From positions 3,794,040-3,858,039 of the forward strand of contig SMSO01000035.1 in assembly GCA_004764695.1 (NCBI GenBank): DNA of 64,000 nt, read 5' to 3'. The stretch is from Schizochytrium sp. TIO01 (lineage: Eukaryota > Protista > Bigyra: Labyrinthulomycetes). The notes beneath the pieces were generated by a model, which made no database searches, was not told the DNA's origin, and was given only the letters and a program-made list of their open reading frames with translations. Position 1 is the first letter of the stretch. Every line of letters begins with the position of its first letter. The translations under genes were made by a program, and so were the position numbers. Below are positions 19,962 through 30,114 of this stretch, piece by piece.

Positions 19962-22763
19962 ATGCCGTGGCGCGAGCAACATCAACATGTCAACGGCGGG
20001 TCCTTCCGGTATAGGCCACCTTTCGAACCAGAGGGCAACTTACAGAACAAGTCCAAGTATTGGGAGTCTCACAGTCAGCTTGGGCAGTACCTCACCGGGG
20101 ACGACCTTGACCCTAAGAAGTATCCTCACCTTCTCATTGAACGGTTTGCTCCAGCCCCAAACCCACTAGAGAAACTCACAGCGCATTTCGACGCTATGCA
20201 AATGCATGAAAAATCCGTCAACTTTGGGCTTTTTGGAAAGTCCAACGACAAGAGGTGCACAAGCCAGCGCGACTATGCCTTTGCGAGCTCTAAAGATTTC
20301 CACAGTGAAATGATGAAAAGGCATGACGAGCTTAGAAAATCTGACAACGCTGATGCACCAATTATCTCCGTCTACTCCTTCAAAGGAGGATGCGGAAAGT
20401 CTACGTCTACAATTAACTTAGCAGGAGGGCTGGTTGCGCAAGGTTATCGGGTTGGGATCATCGACGGTGACGCCCAAGGGAATTCGTCAGCTTTCTTCTC
20501 TAATGATAAACTTGCCAACGCAATCCTCGAGACGCTAGACGCTTCTTCGCATGCACCCGAAACCGAATCTTGCATAAGTGTGGATGAAAAAAATAGGGAG
20601 AACGAAGAGGACCATGGTGATACCGACGTAGGCGACGACGACAGCCATGGAAGCAAAAGATGCGGTGCGTTTGACAGCCCTGAAGGAAAGACTTCAAATT
20701 ACATGAGGTCTTGTAAGACAATGAGAGGCGAGCAGAGTGATAGGGCTTCTCTGTACATGGGCTCTAGCGGCGAACGTATGGATGATGGAAGTGGTTATCA
20801 CGATTCCCCAGGCCGCGTCTTCTCGAGTGAGGATGGGTTTGCTACCAGCAGAACTTTTGCTGCTAGTTCTATCTTGAATGCATATGATGCCGAGACTCGA
20901 ACCCATGTGAAACAAGAGATTCCGGACCCGCCCGGAGTTCATGTAAAGCAAGAAAGTCCGCATCGCCCCAGACCTCCAGATTCGAGCCCTCCTACACAGA
21001 GTCCGAGGACAGGGTCAACTAGAGAACACCCGCGGAGCTTCAAACTTCATAATGATACTGAAAGGGTGACTCAAATATACATGAGAGATCGCGAAAATAG
21101 TGGCTGGGACTCGACAACTTCATTAGGGTCAATTTTAAGTCTATTCATAGAGGAAAATTCGAATAAACTTATCAAAGGAGATCCCACCCAGTGCGATGAA
21201 TTCGAAATGCAAAGAGTTGTATTTCCTCCTGACCTACAAGGAAACTTTGGGGGGGAAATCTACATTCTCCCCGTAGGTGATGACCTTCCGGCTGAGGACA
21301 TTCTTTCAAATGAGTTTACCAAAACCCCAGTTGGTAGTTGCTCTTTCTTGTGTAGCTTTCGAATGCTCTGCCACACTCTTGCTCGCAAGTACAAGCTTGA
21401 TGTGGTTCTCGTGGATTTGGGTCCAGCTAAAGCTTTGTTCAACACATGGGTAGTTGCCAGTAGCGATTATGTTCTACCTCCAGCTCAGGCCACATGTTTC
21501 GGATTACAAGCGTCAACTCAAATGTGGCAGAAAGTAATGCCGGAGATTTGGGCCCAACAACAAGAGTGGCACCTGAAAACTCTCCCCACGCCAGGTGCTT
21601 CCTATAAGCATTACTCTCCAGTTGAGAAGGAAAAAATTCGCCGCGTTTGCATCTTCAATCCTCTCACAAAACTTCTCCCAGTTCTTATTAACAACTTTGA
21701 TAAGAACCGTAGTGGCCAAAAAGTAGTAGACGACTTTTATCTAAACCGCAATGGCCAAAGAGCAGCAAACGTCATTAGTCTTGGACTCAACGACTCGCTT
21801 TTCATTCACTCAATAGAGACGGCATTCGCTAGTTTGTCTGAGAATAGCAACCTTTGCAGCAAAGAATCTGGGATGAAGCTCCCTTCTCCTTGGTTTCACC
21901 AAAACAACCCTTTTCCTGTACGAACACACAACCTTTCTCTCGCAGAAGGAAACGTGGTGTGGATGGGACTCGAAAACTCCTCGCTTATTGGACTTTCAGA
22001 GCGCCGCTATTTGCCAGTCGCCCTGTTGTACAAAACCGATGAGAACTTTTCCACTCTACCAGAAGGAAGGCAGCGGTATTTTGATTTATCAGGCCGCCTT
22101 GCTGATACATGCAACATTGGAATGGGCCATAAGCCAAGTCTAACGCAGGAGAAGGATGTGATACTACTTGTTCACCTTCTTGCAGACATTGTTGAATCCG
22201 TATCATGGCCAGTGTCGAAAAAACAGTTTCGAGCTGCAGTCTTTAATCGAATCAGAGACCGTATTCAAAATAAAGAGTGCGGTTGGGATAGATTTCCAGA
22301 CGCTATCGTGGAGAGTTCTCTTAAGCGTTATGAAAAAATTTCCCAGCGGTGCGACATTGTTCTTCGGGCGCATGGTCCTTATGACATGAACCCTATACTC
22401 GTACAGCTTGAATATGTTTCACGCACCAATCGACTGAGGACTTTGGATGCAATCATAAGAGACCTTGAGAGCAGGAAAGTCCTGGCGGAGAAGGAATCTG
22501 ATAGAGGGACATGCCAAGATTGCTACTCCGTTGTTTTTCAGTATGCTACAGGAAAAGATGAGAATAAGCTTTCTAGCGGAATACTCCAACGCCGTGACGA
22601 TAATGCTGCAGACTCTTCTCCTAGAGGCAAACGAAGCAGGGATGGGCAGCCAAAGAGCGACAGCATCTTCGAGATTTGTGAGATCCCACCTTTCAACGGA
22701 GTTCCTTGTAAGGTTGCTTCATTTCGTGGTGTCGAGAGAATCTGGCAATCTCATCATAAATAA
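19962..22763 (+). CDS. ParA/Soj-family (SIMIBI) ATPase with low-complexity insertion and putative C-terminal PD-(D/E)XK-like domain, 933 aa
   Basis: Deviant Walker A ISVYSFKGGCGKST, A' box GIIDGDAQGNSS, Walker B DVVLVDLGP...SSDYVLPP; C-terminal IVE...RCDIVL...ILVQLEY; intronless with ACAACCATG start context. Confidence 0.85.
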   Translation: MPWREQHQHVNGGSFRYRPPFEPEGNLQNKSKYWESHSQLGQYLTGDDLDPKKYPHLLIERFAPAPNPLEKLTAHFDAMQMHEKSVNFGLFGKSNDKRCTSQRDYAFASSKDFHSEMMKRHDELRKSDNADAPIISVYSFKGGCGKSTSTINLAGGLVAQGYRVGIIDGDAQGNSSAFFSNDKLANAILETLDASSHAPETESCISVDEKNRENEEDHGDTDVGDDDSHGSKRCGAFDSPEGKTSNYMRSCKTMRGEQSDRASLYMGSSGERMDDGSGYHDSPGRVFSSEDGFATSRTFAASSILNAYDAETRTHVKQEIPDPPGVHVKQESPHRPRPPDSSPPTQSPRTGSTREHPRSFKLHNDTERVTQIYMRDRENSGWDSTTSLGSILSLFIEENSNKLIKGDPTQCDEFEMQRVVFPPDLQGNFGGEIYILPVGDDLPAEDILSNEFTKTPVGSCSFLCSFRMLCHTLARKYKLDVVLVDLGPAKALFNTWVVASSDYVLPPAQATCFGLQASTQMWQKVMPEIWAQQQEWHLKTLPTPGASYKHYSPVEKEKIRRVCIFNPLTKLLPVLINNFDKNRSGQKVVDDFYLNRNGQRAANVISLGLNDSLFIHSIETAFASLSENSNLCSKESGMKLPSPWFHQNNPFPVRTHNLSLAEGNVVWMGLENSSLIGLSERRYLPVALLYKTDENFSTLPEGRQRYFDLSGRLADTCNIGMGHKPSLTQEKDVILLVHLLADIVESVSWPVSKKQFRAAVFNRIRDRIQNKECGWDRFPDAIVESSLKRYEKISQRCDIVLRAHGPYDMNPILVQLEYVSRTNRLRTLDAIIRDLESRKVLAEKESDRGTCQDCYSVVFQYATGKDENKLSSGILQRRDDNAADSSPRGKRSRDGQPKSDSIFEICEIPPFNGVPCKVASFRGVERIWQSHHK

Positions 22764-23258
22764 ATGATTTTCTTTTTTGTTGAAGTACTACCTCCGTGTT
22801 CTTACAGAATGATCCATGAGATTTACAGCAGCGCCATCATCACCATCCTCAGTAGCAGCAGCAGCAGAAGAAGAAGCAGAAGAAGCAGTAAATTATCCCT
22901 TCCAGGTCTGATTGTCTTGCAACCAGATATAATATACTGTCTTTCGGATGGAAGGAAATATTTTCGTCTCAGTCCTTAATTCTCACTAACTCCAATATTG
23001 TACCCATTTCTTTTTCCCCTCCAATGTTAAACACTATATAAAGTTTCTCCGAATACCCCTTTGTGGGGGCATTATAAAAGACTTCACGGAATTCTTTTCT
23101 AAAAGGAAAATATGTAGAAGGGTGGTTATACCAACTAGTCTCATCGAGATGTATGATTTATGATTAGGCACAGACCTTCTTTCGCAACGTGTACTACGCC
23201 GCTTCGGGTGGGAAGCCGCGCCTGAAGCGTCGTATGAACTCGCGGGGTTCGTAAAGTC

Positions 23259-26234
23259 ATGTCTTGGAGCCGCCAAGATGCTCCTCGAAGTCGACTCCAA
23301 GCCCTGAGTGAATCTGCGCTAGATCAAGAATGGGAGTTGAGCCTTCGAGGTGGAGGCCAGCGGCAGCAGCACCAGCAGCAGCAGCACCAAACCAGCCTTC
23401 CTCAAGGTCAAAGTGATCGAGGTTTGCACCAGAGTTTGTTTGATTCTCAAAGTGCCAGTGCTCACGACCGCTTGTTGTCAACAAGGTCACCACTCCCCCC
23501 CTGGGCTCGAATGAATTTAGGTCCTAGTGCTGATGGAGAAGCTGATTATGCTGCGACTCATGCGACTAATACTGGGGTACACTTAGCACGGAAGTTCTGG
23601 GCCTATAAATTGCTACAAAAGAGTTTTTCTGCCTTCGAGCGATCCGTAAAACTAGCAAGAATTCAACGTCGATCAAGGAAGCTAAGAGCTATGCGAATGT
23701 GGGCTAGCTCCTTGCAACGCAGAATTTTGAGAACATGGAAAGCAGTAGTGGAGAGCCAAAACCACTATCGAGAGCAGACGCTAAAGGCATATTGGTTTTG
23801 GGCACACTGCGTCTCTCGAAAAGTAATCCAGGGATTTCGAATTCACGCACGTGCATCAAGGCTTCAACGCTTTAAGGCGGAACGATTGAGGATACGTCTT
23901 GAAGCTGATCAGAGGAGACGACTTTTACTACGCGTGTGGGGAACATGGTGCGAAGTCGCCTTTCGCAACCACAGGCGCGCAGAAAGATTTGCTAACGAAC
24001 GCCTTCTTTGGAAATCTCTTTTTGCGTGGAGAGACACCCCGAGACAGTCACTTCTGGAGCAAGAGGAGGACAGACTCGCACGAGCAACAATCTATCACCG
24101 TCGAAAATGCCTTAATCAGGGGCTTGGGGTTCTCCTTGAAAATAAAAGGAAAAATCAAAAGGAACGCGAAGACGAATTTGCAGCTATTTGGTTTCGTTGG
24201 CATGTGTTAACTGGCGGCGCATTTCGCAACTGGGTTAAGATGGCTAAACCAGCAATACTTTATGGCCAAAAGGTAAATTCAATGCGCACAAATCGCAGTT
24301 TCGTAACCAAAAATCGTGTCTTTAGTATGTGGAAGCGCCATGTTGAGGATTCGAAGAAGAGATGTGAACAGATAGCACAGGCATTGAGACACTGGGCTCG
24401 CAAAGCGCTGGCTACTGCTTTTCATTCTTGGGTGTACGCCTTGACCCAAAAAGTCAAGATCCGTGGCTGTGAAATTCAGGCAAAGTTGGCAGTAGAAAGG
24501 CTACAAAAAAACCGTGGTATCAAAGCTTTAAAATTGCATCTTCAGAATCGCAAGAATAGCAAAACCTTGATAGAAAAAATGGATAAACAAAGGAGCCGAA
24601 CGTTGCTGCTGCAGGCTTTCAATTGTTTGCGTTTATCCGCTGCTCACTCTAAACAAATTACCCGATTAAACGAAATTGCAAAGAATCATGCTCGCATACA
24701 GTGTCTGCGACGCACATGGAATACTATGGTTCTTTATAAAGTACAGGAAATTGAACATTACAAAGTAGGGCTCTCGCGAGCAGAAAATTTCTATTCACAA
24801 CGCGTAGCACCTCGCGTCTGTGCGAGATCCTGGCATACATGGTCTGAGTTTTGTGCTCAAGCTCAGTTTAACCGTGTTCAGCAGGCTCGGGCAGAAAACT
24901 TCCGGTGTCATTTCGGGAAACAAGTTGGCCTTCGTGTACTTCAATCGAATGCGGCCTCATCCCGCACTTCAAGGCTGTTGAATGTTCAAGCAGTACAGTT
25001 TGCTAATGAACATAAGCTTCGCTTGGCCTGGGTAAAATGGCAAATGTATCATATTTGGTTTTTAAGAGAGGCCCAAAAGGTTGCTAAGGCAAACTTGCAC
25101 TATTGTCACCGGTTGTACAAATGGGTGTGGGGATTTTGGGTCGCACTACACGCTGAAAAGCAGCATGAGCGCGAGCTTGCTGCTTTTGCCAGTCAATGGC
25201 GTCGTAAGCACCTCTTACGACATAGCATGGCAATTTTACTTGATGCTGCTATTGAACACCAAACTCATCACGCGGCGGTCATCCAATCGCGAGAGGCAAA
25301 ACGCGCTGCATCACTTGCTGATCGTGTCGCGCGTATTGCTTTTCATTGGCGGGACTTCACACTCCGCCGGCGACTGGCACGTTCAGAAACCGAGATTACA
25401 GCTCTCGAGAGTGCAAGGCAGCGACCGGTCCTTCGAACTTTCCGTAACCCAAACCCAGAAGCAAACATTCGCCCACCTTTAGTAGCTCCTCGATATTCAC
25501 ATCAAGGCCAAAATCAGACATGGTCATACGAAGCTCGTGCACAGGTTCATGCAAGTCTATCCCTTGATTGGCTCGATGCGCTGGCCCCTCATGCCACCTC
25601 GGGAACTACGACCCGCAGAGCTCGGCCTGCTCCAAGGCGACCCATAGATATCGTACTTAACCACCACCACCCACCGCAGCAACAAAATGTTCACCATCAG
25701 CAGCAGCCCGGCGTAGTAGAGCCAATCCAAGGTGGTGTACCTCTTTTTCCTGCAAACGCCAGCTTTACTCCATCGTTGGTTACAACTGAAGCGAACATTT
25801 TTAATGAGGATCCACAACATTTGTCCCTCGCTTCGCAGCACGCCCAAAATTCTCAGAATCTGTCAAATATCCGAAGCCTTCACCACGGAGACCTCGCCGA
25901 CGACTCAATGTCTTCAACAGCATTATTCACAACAGCAGCTGCAGAAGCATTCGCGCCTGGCATGGGAACAGCTGCCAACAGCTCGGTTTCACCGTCCTTG
26001 GCATCACAAGCCCGAGAATATTTAGACCTGAAACGCCGCGTTAGAGCCGACAAGCGTCGCAGACTAGCTTTGAGAGACCGCCTCCGCACTTGCACGGCCT
26101 CACCCAGCGAGACTGAGGTGTGGTCTCGAGAGCTCGTGCTCATGCAGCAACGCCAAGCAGAGCTCAGACGCAGACGCGAGACACTCCTGCCTCTGATTAG
26201 GGCGGCCCTGCTTGAGCGTGCAAACCCGAACTGA
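23259..26234 (+). CDS. SFI1: Sfi1-repeat (centrin-binding) centriole/basal-body protein
   Basis: Many Ax7LLxxxFxxW-type repeats (AERFANERLLWKSLFAW, ALRHWARKALATAFHSW, AVQFANEHKLRLAWVKW); C-terminal RPAPRRP motif and coiled coil. Confidence 0.75.
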   Translation: MSWSRQDAPRSRLQALSESALDQEWELSLRGGGQRQQHQQQQHQTSLPQGQSDRGLHQSLFDSQSASAHDRLLSTRSPLPPWARMNLGPSADGEADYAATHATNTGVHLARKFWAYKLLQKSFSAFERSVKLARIQRRSRKLRAMRMWASSLQRRILRTWKAVVESQNHYREQTLKAYWFWAHCVSRKVIQGFRIHARASRLQRFKAERLRIRLEADQRRRLLLRVWGTWCEVAFRNHRRAERFANERLLWKSLFAWRDTPRQSLLEQEEDRLARATIYHRRKCLNQGLGVLLENKRKNQKEREDEFAAIWFRWHVLTGGAFRNWVKMAKPAILYGQKVNSMRTNRSFVTKNRVFSMWKRHVEDSKKRCEQIAQALRHWARKALATAFHSWVYALTQKVKIRGCEIQAKLAVERLQKNRGIKALKLHLQNRKNSKTLIEKMDKQRSRTLLLQAFNCLRLSAAHSKQITRLNEIAKNHARIQCLRRTWNTMVLYKVQEIEHYKVGLSRAENFYSQRVAPRVCARSWHTWSEFCAQAQFNRVQQARAENFRCHFGKQVGLRVLQSNAASSRTSRLLNVQAVQFANEHKLRLAWVKWQMYHIWFLREAQKVAKANLHYCHRLYKWVWGFWVALHAEKQHERELAAFASQWRRKHLLRHSMAILLDAAIEHQTHHAAVIQSREAKRAASLADRVARIAFHWRDFTLRRRLARSETEITALESARQRPVLRTFRNPNPEANIRPPLVAPRYSHQGQNQTWSYEARAQVHASLSLDWLDALAPHATSGTTTRRARPAPRRPIDIVLNHHHPPQQQNVHHQQQPGVVEPIQGGVPLFPANASFTPSLVTTEANIFNEDPQHLSLASQHAQNSQNLSNIRSLHHGDLADDSMSSTALFTTAAAEAFAPGMGTAANSSVSPSLASQAREYLDLKRRVRADKRRRLALRDRLRTCTASPSETEVWSRELVLMQQRQAELRRRRETLLPLIRAALLERANPN

Positions 26235-26313
26235 GAGCCCGCGCTGGCCGCTCGCGGCCGCAATCTGTTGCTGGGCCGCTGCTCTGGACCTTGTGCTTGG
26301 TGTATCAGTGATC

Positions 26314-27331
26314 ATGGAGATCACTGGATCTAGGTCGGTAGAGACCGTTTTCTTTTTTGCACTCTGTGCAGCGGTTTTAACAAGTACAGCGGCAACCAAA
26401 GGGAGGTGGAGATCATGTTCACAGAAGCAGCGCGAAGGTAGCAAGCCGCAAAGCGAAGTTGTTGGTCCAAAGATTCAAGCGAAGGACGGGGGATGCAAAC
26501 CGGCGAAGGCCCTAAAGGTAGATACGACGCAAACGAATAAATGTGTTGCAGCGGGTCCGACTGGAATCACTTGTGTAGTGCAACGTTGTAATAAAGCGAG
26601 CCTACTTGTAGATAATGCGGAAAATACTGTGGGGATTAAGCGTGGGTTGGTTGTGTTTGTGAGCTTTGGGGAAGGAGTTTCACGAAACACGGTGCAGCGT
26701 ATGGCGAGACAACTTGTGCAGCTAAATTTGTCAACTACAGGAAAGTGGGGTGATGGTTCCAAGGCGCAGAGCGTGGCAGACATCGTTTCCACCGGAGCTC
26801 GTCAAGAGATCATGGTCATTCCGCAAGCGTGTCTCACTTCTCGCGTCAAGGGAAAACAACTTCGTTATACCGCTCAGCTTTCAAGAGAGGATGGCTTCGA
26901 AATGTACTGCACCTTTCTTGCTGAACTTGAACAAGCTTTATTAGAACAGCTTCTTGCGCTGCTATTCCAGAGTGCAACAGCTCGCCAGTGTCTGTGTGAC
27001 AAATATAGTCTAGATTCATCAAATGTTCGTCTGGTATACGGGAGGTTCGATAAACGTGGAGTTCCGATTGCTCTCGAAGACCAGACAGAGTTAGATAAGG
27101 CAGAGCGAAAAGCGCTTGAAAAAGCTCTTTCGATGCCTGTCCTCACAGGTCCATGGTCATGCTGTCTCAGCGCACAAAGCCTGGGCTACCTGCCAGCAAT
27201 CTCAGCTTGGTACTCTGGAAACGGATCTCGTGCCCAAGCTATTTCGAGTCGTTGGAGGTACATTTGGAAATCGACAAGGGCTGCGCATTGATGCCGACTG
27301 TGGTCCTTCAACTCATGTTTTTACACTTTGA
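26314..27331 (+). CDS. DTD2: D-aminoacyl-tRNA deacylase, DTD2/ATD type, with N-terminal hydrophobic segment; needs an intron or frameshift near 27030-27205
   Basis: Frame 1 has CVVQRCNKASL, IKRGLVVFVSF and VIPQACLTSRVKGKQLRY; the conserved C-terminus GGTFGNRQGLRIDADCGPSTHVFTL* is in frame 2 and ends at 27331. Confidence 0.8.
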
Positions 27332-27535
27332 TGGATATTTAAAACACAACTTTATATATGATTATTTTCTGTTATGGTTCTTTATACATGCAAAGTCTTG
27401 CTAATAGACCAACAAACTTTAGATACTGTCTCATGATAAAAGGTTTTGTAACAAAATAGAAATGCTGTTAGACTTACATTATAATCTTTAACAAAAAACA
27501 AAAACAAAAACAAAGCAAATACTACAGGGGATGTA

Positions 27536-28793
27536 TTAAATATAGTTTTGGTCAAGATCGATAGCAAGCTCAGGCGTAAAAATGAATCTGTCGTCCATGT
27601 GTCGATCAACCTCTTGACCATACACGAAACTTTTGGGCCAGTAGCTATTTGGATGCACATACTTTGTTTTGTCAAATACGCCCATACTAACTAATGCTCG
27701 TACACAAAGCTCGCTGCAGAAATAGCCCTGCTCACTTTCCACTTCCTCCTCGGCCCTGATGTATTCATATGGTTTAGAAGGTATTCGCATAACCTTGGAG
27801 TAACTGTATGGAGCTCCAAGGCAGCTAGTAACGAAATGGTGTAGATTGCCTTGAATATGGCGCATCATAGGTCGATCCCAATTTTTTGCGTACCGAAGTT
27901 GGCGTACACAAGCACGGGCCCCTGCATCCTTACGGTACTGGTTGATTCTCGCTGCAAGAGGACATGAAATGACGCCGTCTGGTGTCGCTTCTAGAAGCAT
28001 CCAAGGTTCCTCGTCGGGAGAAAGACCACATGGATATGACATACCCCACGCAGATGGAACTACGATACCCGTATGGTCCCATGGAGATGATGTGAACGCC
28101 CGCTGAAGACCTGCTATGGGTTGGTTAATACGAAACATAATAATGTCCCCTAAACCAAAATCATCCATGCGACGCTCGTCTGGCCACGCACGGACGTTTT
28201 TAAGCAATGTGCACGAAGGAAGCACGGTCATTTGCTGGACCCATGCGCGAGCATCCTTGATTGAGTTAGTAAGATATGTGATCTTCCCTTTCGAGCGCGT
28301 CCAAATCTGGAGCTCATCATCTACACAGCACACGGCAGATAAGTCATCTGCCGGGAACAAAACTTTCCAGTCTCCATTTCCAGAAGTTGTGCCTAGTTCA
28401 AGTTTCCCACTGTACCGACTACGTTTTGCTTGTAGGTTTGCAATAGACATCCCAAACGTAAATGCTGTGCGGTTTCGGTACACAGGCGCAGTATGAATAA
28501 TCTCCCATTCCTTGGCTTCTGCTGCCAGTTCTTCTGCGAGGATTTTGGCAGCGTGCTTCCGCTACAGCTGCTTCTCTATCTACCGGCGCTGCTTGAGGAG
28601 GGTCAAAAGGAGCTTTTTCTACATTTTCACTATCGCTCTCTCCTTGCAAAGTGTCTTCCTCGTCGTCGCTTTCATCTTTTTCGCCATCTTGGGAAGAGGT
28701 TGTCGAAGTACTGAACGAGGTAGACGCAATTTCCGCACTTGCAGGAATGGACTCTGACACAACGGCCTTCTTCTCAGTCTCCTGCTCAAGCAT
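27536..28793 (-). CDS. Permuted papain-like NlpC/P60 enzyme (YiiX/YebB/LRAT-like) with PH-like and acidic N-terminal regions; needs an intron or frameshift near 28555-28622
   Basis: GDIIMFR, SPWDHTGIVV (catalytic His), LLEATPDGV, VRQL, LGAPY, YFCSELC (catalytic Cys, after His) and YWPKSF; the catalytic frame is open to 28561 and the acidic N-terminal frame starts at ATG 28793. Confidence 0.78.
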
Positions 28794-30114
28794 ATTTGTG
28801 AACGAAACGCCAGTCGTAAATATTGAGAAAACAATTCTGAGGTCCCCAGACTGCGAACTCGGGGTAGGACCTCACAATCGATGATTGATTACTGCACTTG
28901 CACAACTTTGTTTGGAGATCAATTATGAAGAATGGTACTTTCCTATTAATCAACTAAAGGTGGCCAGTTAGCAGGAAACCTCGATACAACACCATAATAC
29001 GTAGTACGTTCCTACGTACGTATCACCACGTGGTTGCGTGGATCGTGTTTGAGACATACGTAGGCTGGTTGAGTTTTTGCCAAACAAGGGCAGCCAATTG
29101 GCGTTCACTCGAGAGTGATTGTGTGTGTTTAGAAATAGCCAATATTTTTTGATCAATGCTAAAGATTCTTTAAAGATGGAAAACTTTGTGTACAACTCCT
29201 TAATATATGTTATGTTAATTAAGTAGTATAGCATTGCGCTGACCCATGAATTTAAGCGATTTGTCCATGACGACACGATAGATGAACCTCAGGTGATATC
29301 TACCGCAATTTTGCTTTTCTGAGAAATTACTCTCCCGGAAAGCAAGCAATCCTGCAATGCCCACTACCCCTGTCAGTTCAACACCTTGGTACGAGCTGTA
29401 AAACCACGCTCTGGTCGTCCCTTCAAAGTACGGCTTTTGCTTTTTGATCCGGTGCAATCGTCTCACAATACTTCGGTACCTCTATAAATTCATCCCGCCA
29501 GATCATCATTCGTATTTTATGAAAAAAAATCATAGAACGTAAAGTCATCCCAGCTTTGGCACTTGCAGTTCTCACTCTTGGTCAGGTTGAAGCTCTCATT
29601 GCCAGCAGACTGTGGGTACATCTTCTCATGATTCGCCATCGCTATCTCAGTTTCTTCAAAAGACCTGCATTGCATATTGTCTTTAAAATTGCGAGACGCT
29701 ATTTTGATTGATACTTCGTTTAGCCCTCTTTCCCACTGCCCACCGCGGCGAGGGTGCACTAAGTGTAATTTAACACCTAAAAGAAGAAGCAAGGAAGGGA
29801 ATGAATTTTACAGAAAAAGGTGCAGCAAACTCGAGACTCGAGACTCGAGAGCCGCCCTTGCGCGAGCCACGGCTTCGAGGCGCTGTGGATTCTCGAATTC
29901 CTGACGCCGTGTGCTTGTTCTGCCTCGTCTTCTCTGGCCCTGTCATCGGTGCTGTGACTGCCTGTTGTTGTGGTTGTCTTGTGCAGCGTACATTAGTAAG
30001 CAAAACTAGTTCATCAGCGACTGTTTTAGCGCAAAGTACAGTACTAAATTTCAATTGTATTGAGGGAAAGTGTCTTAAGGGCAGGGCGCTCAGACATCGT
30101 ATAGAGTTGAAACA

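Noticed and set aside
26212-26313. Overlap of the deacylase ORF with the SFI1 3' end
   Set aside because: The track uses a non-ATG start; the first ATG is at 26314, downstream of the SFI1 stop
29215-29792. Minus-strand fragment with SYQGVELTGVVGIAGLLAF, reminiscent of the eRF1/pelota C-terminus
   Set aside because: A single short motif; surrounding frames are broken and give no supporting similarity
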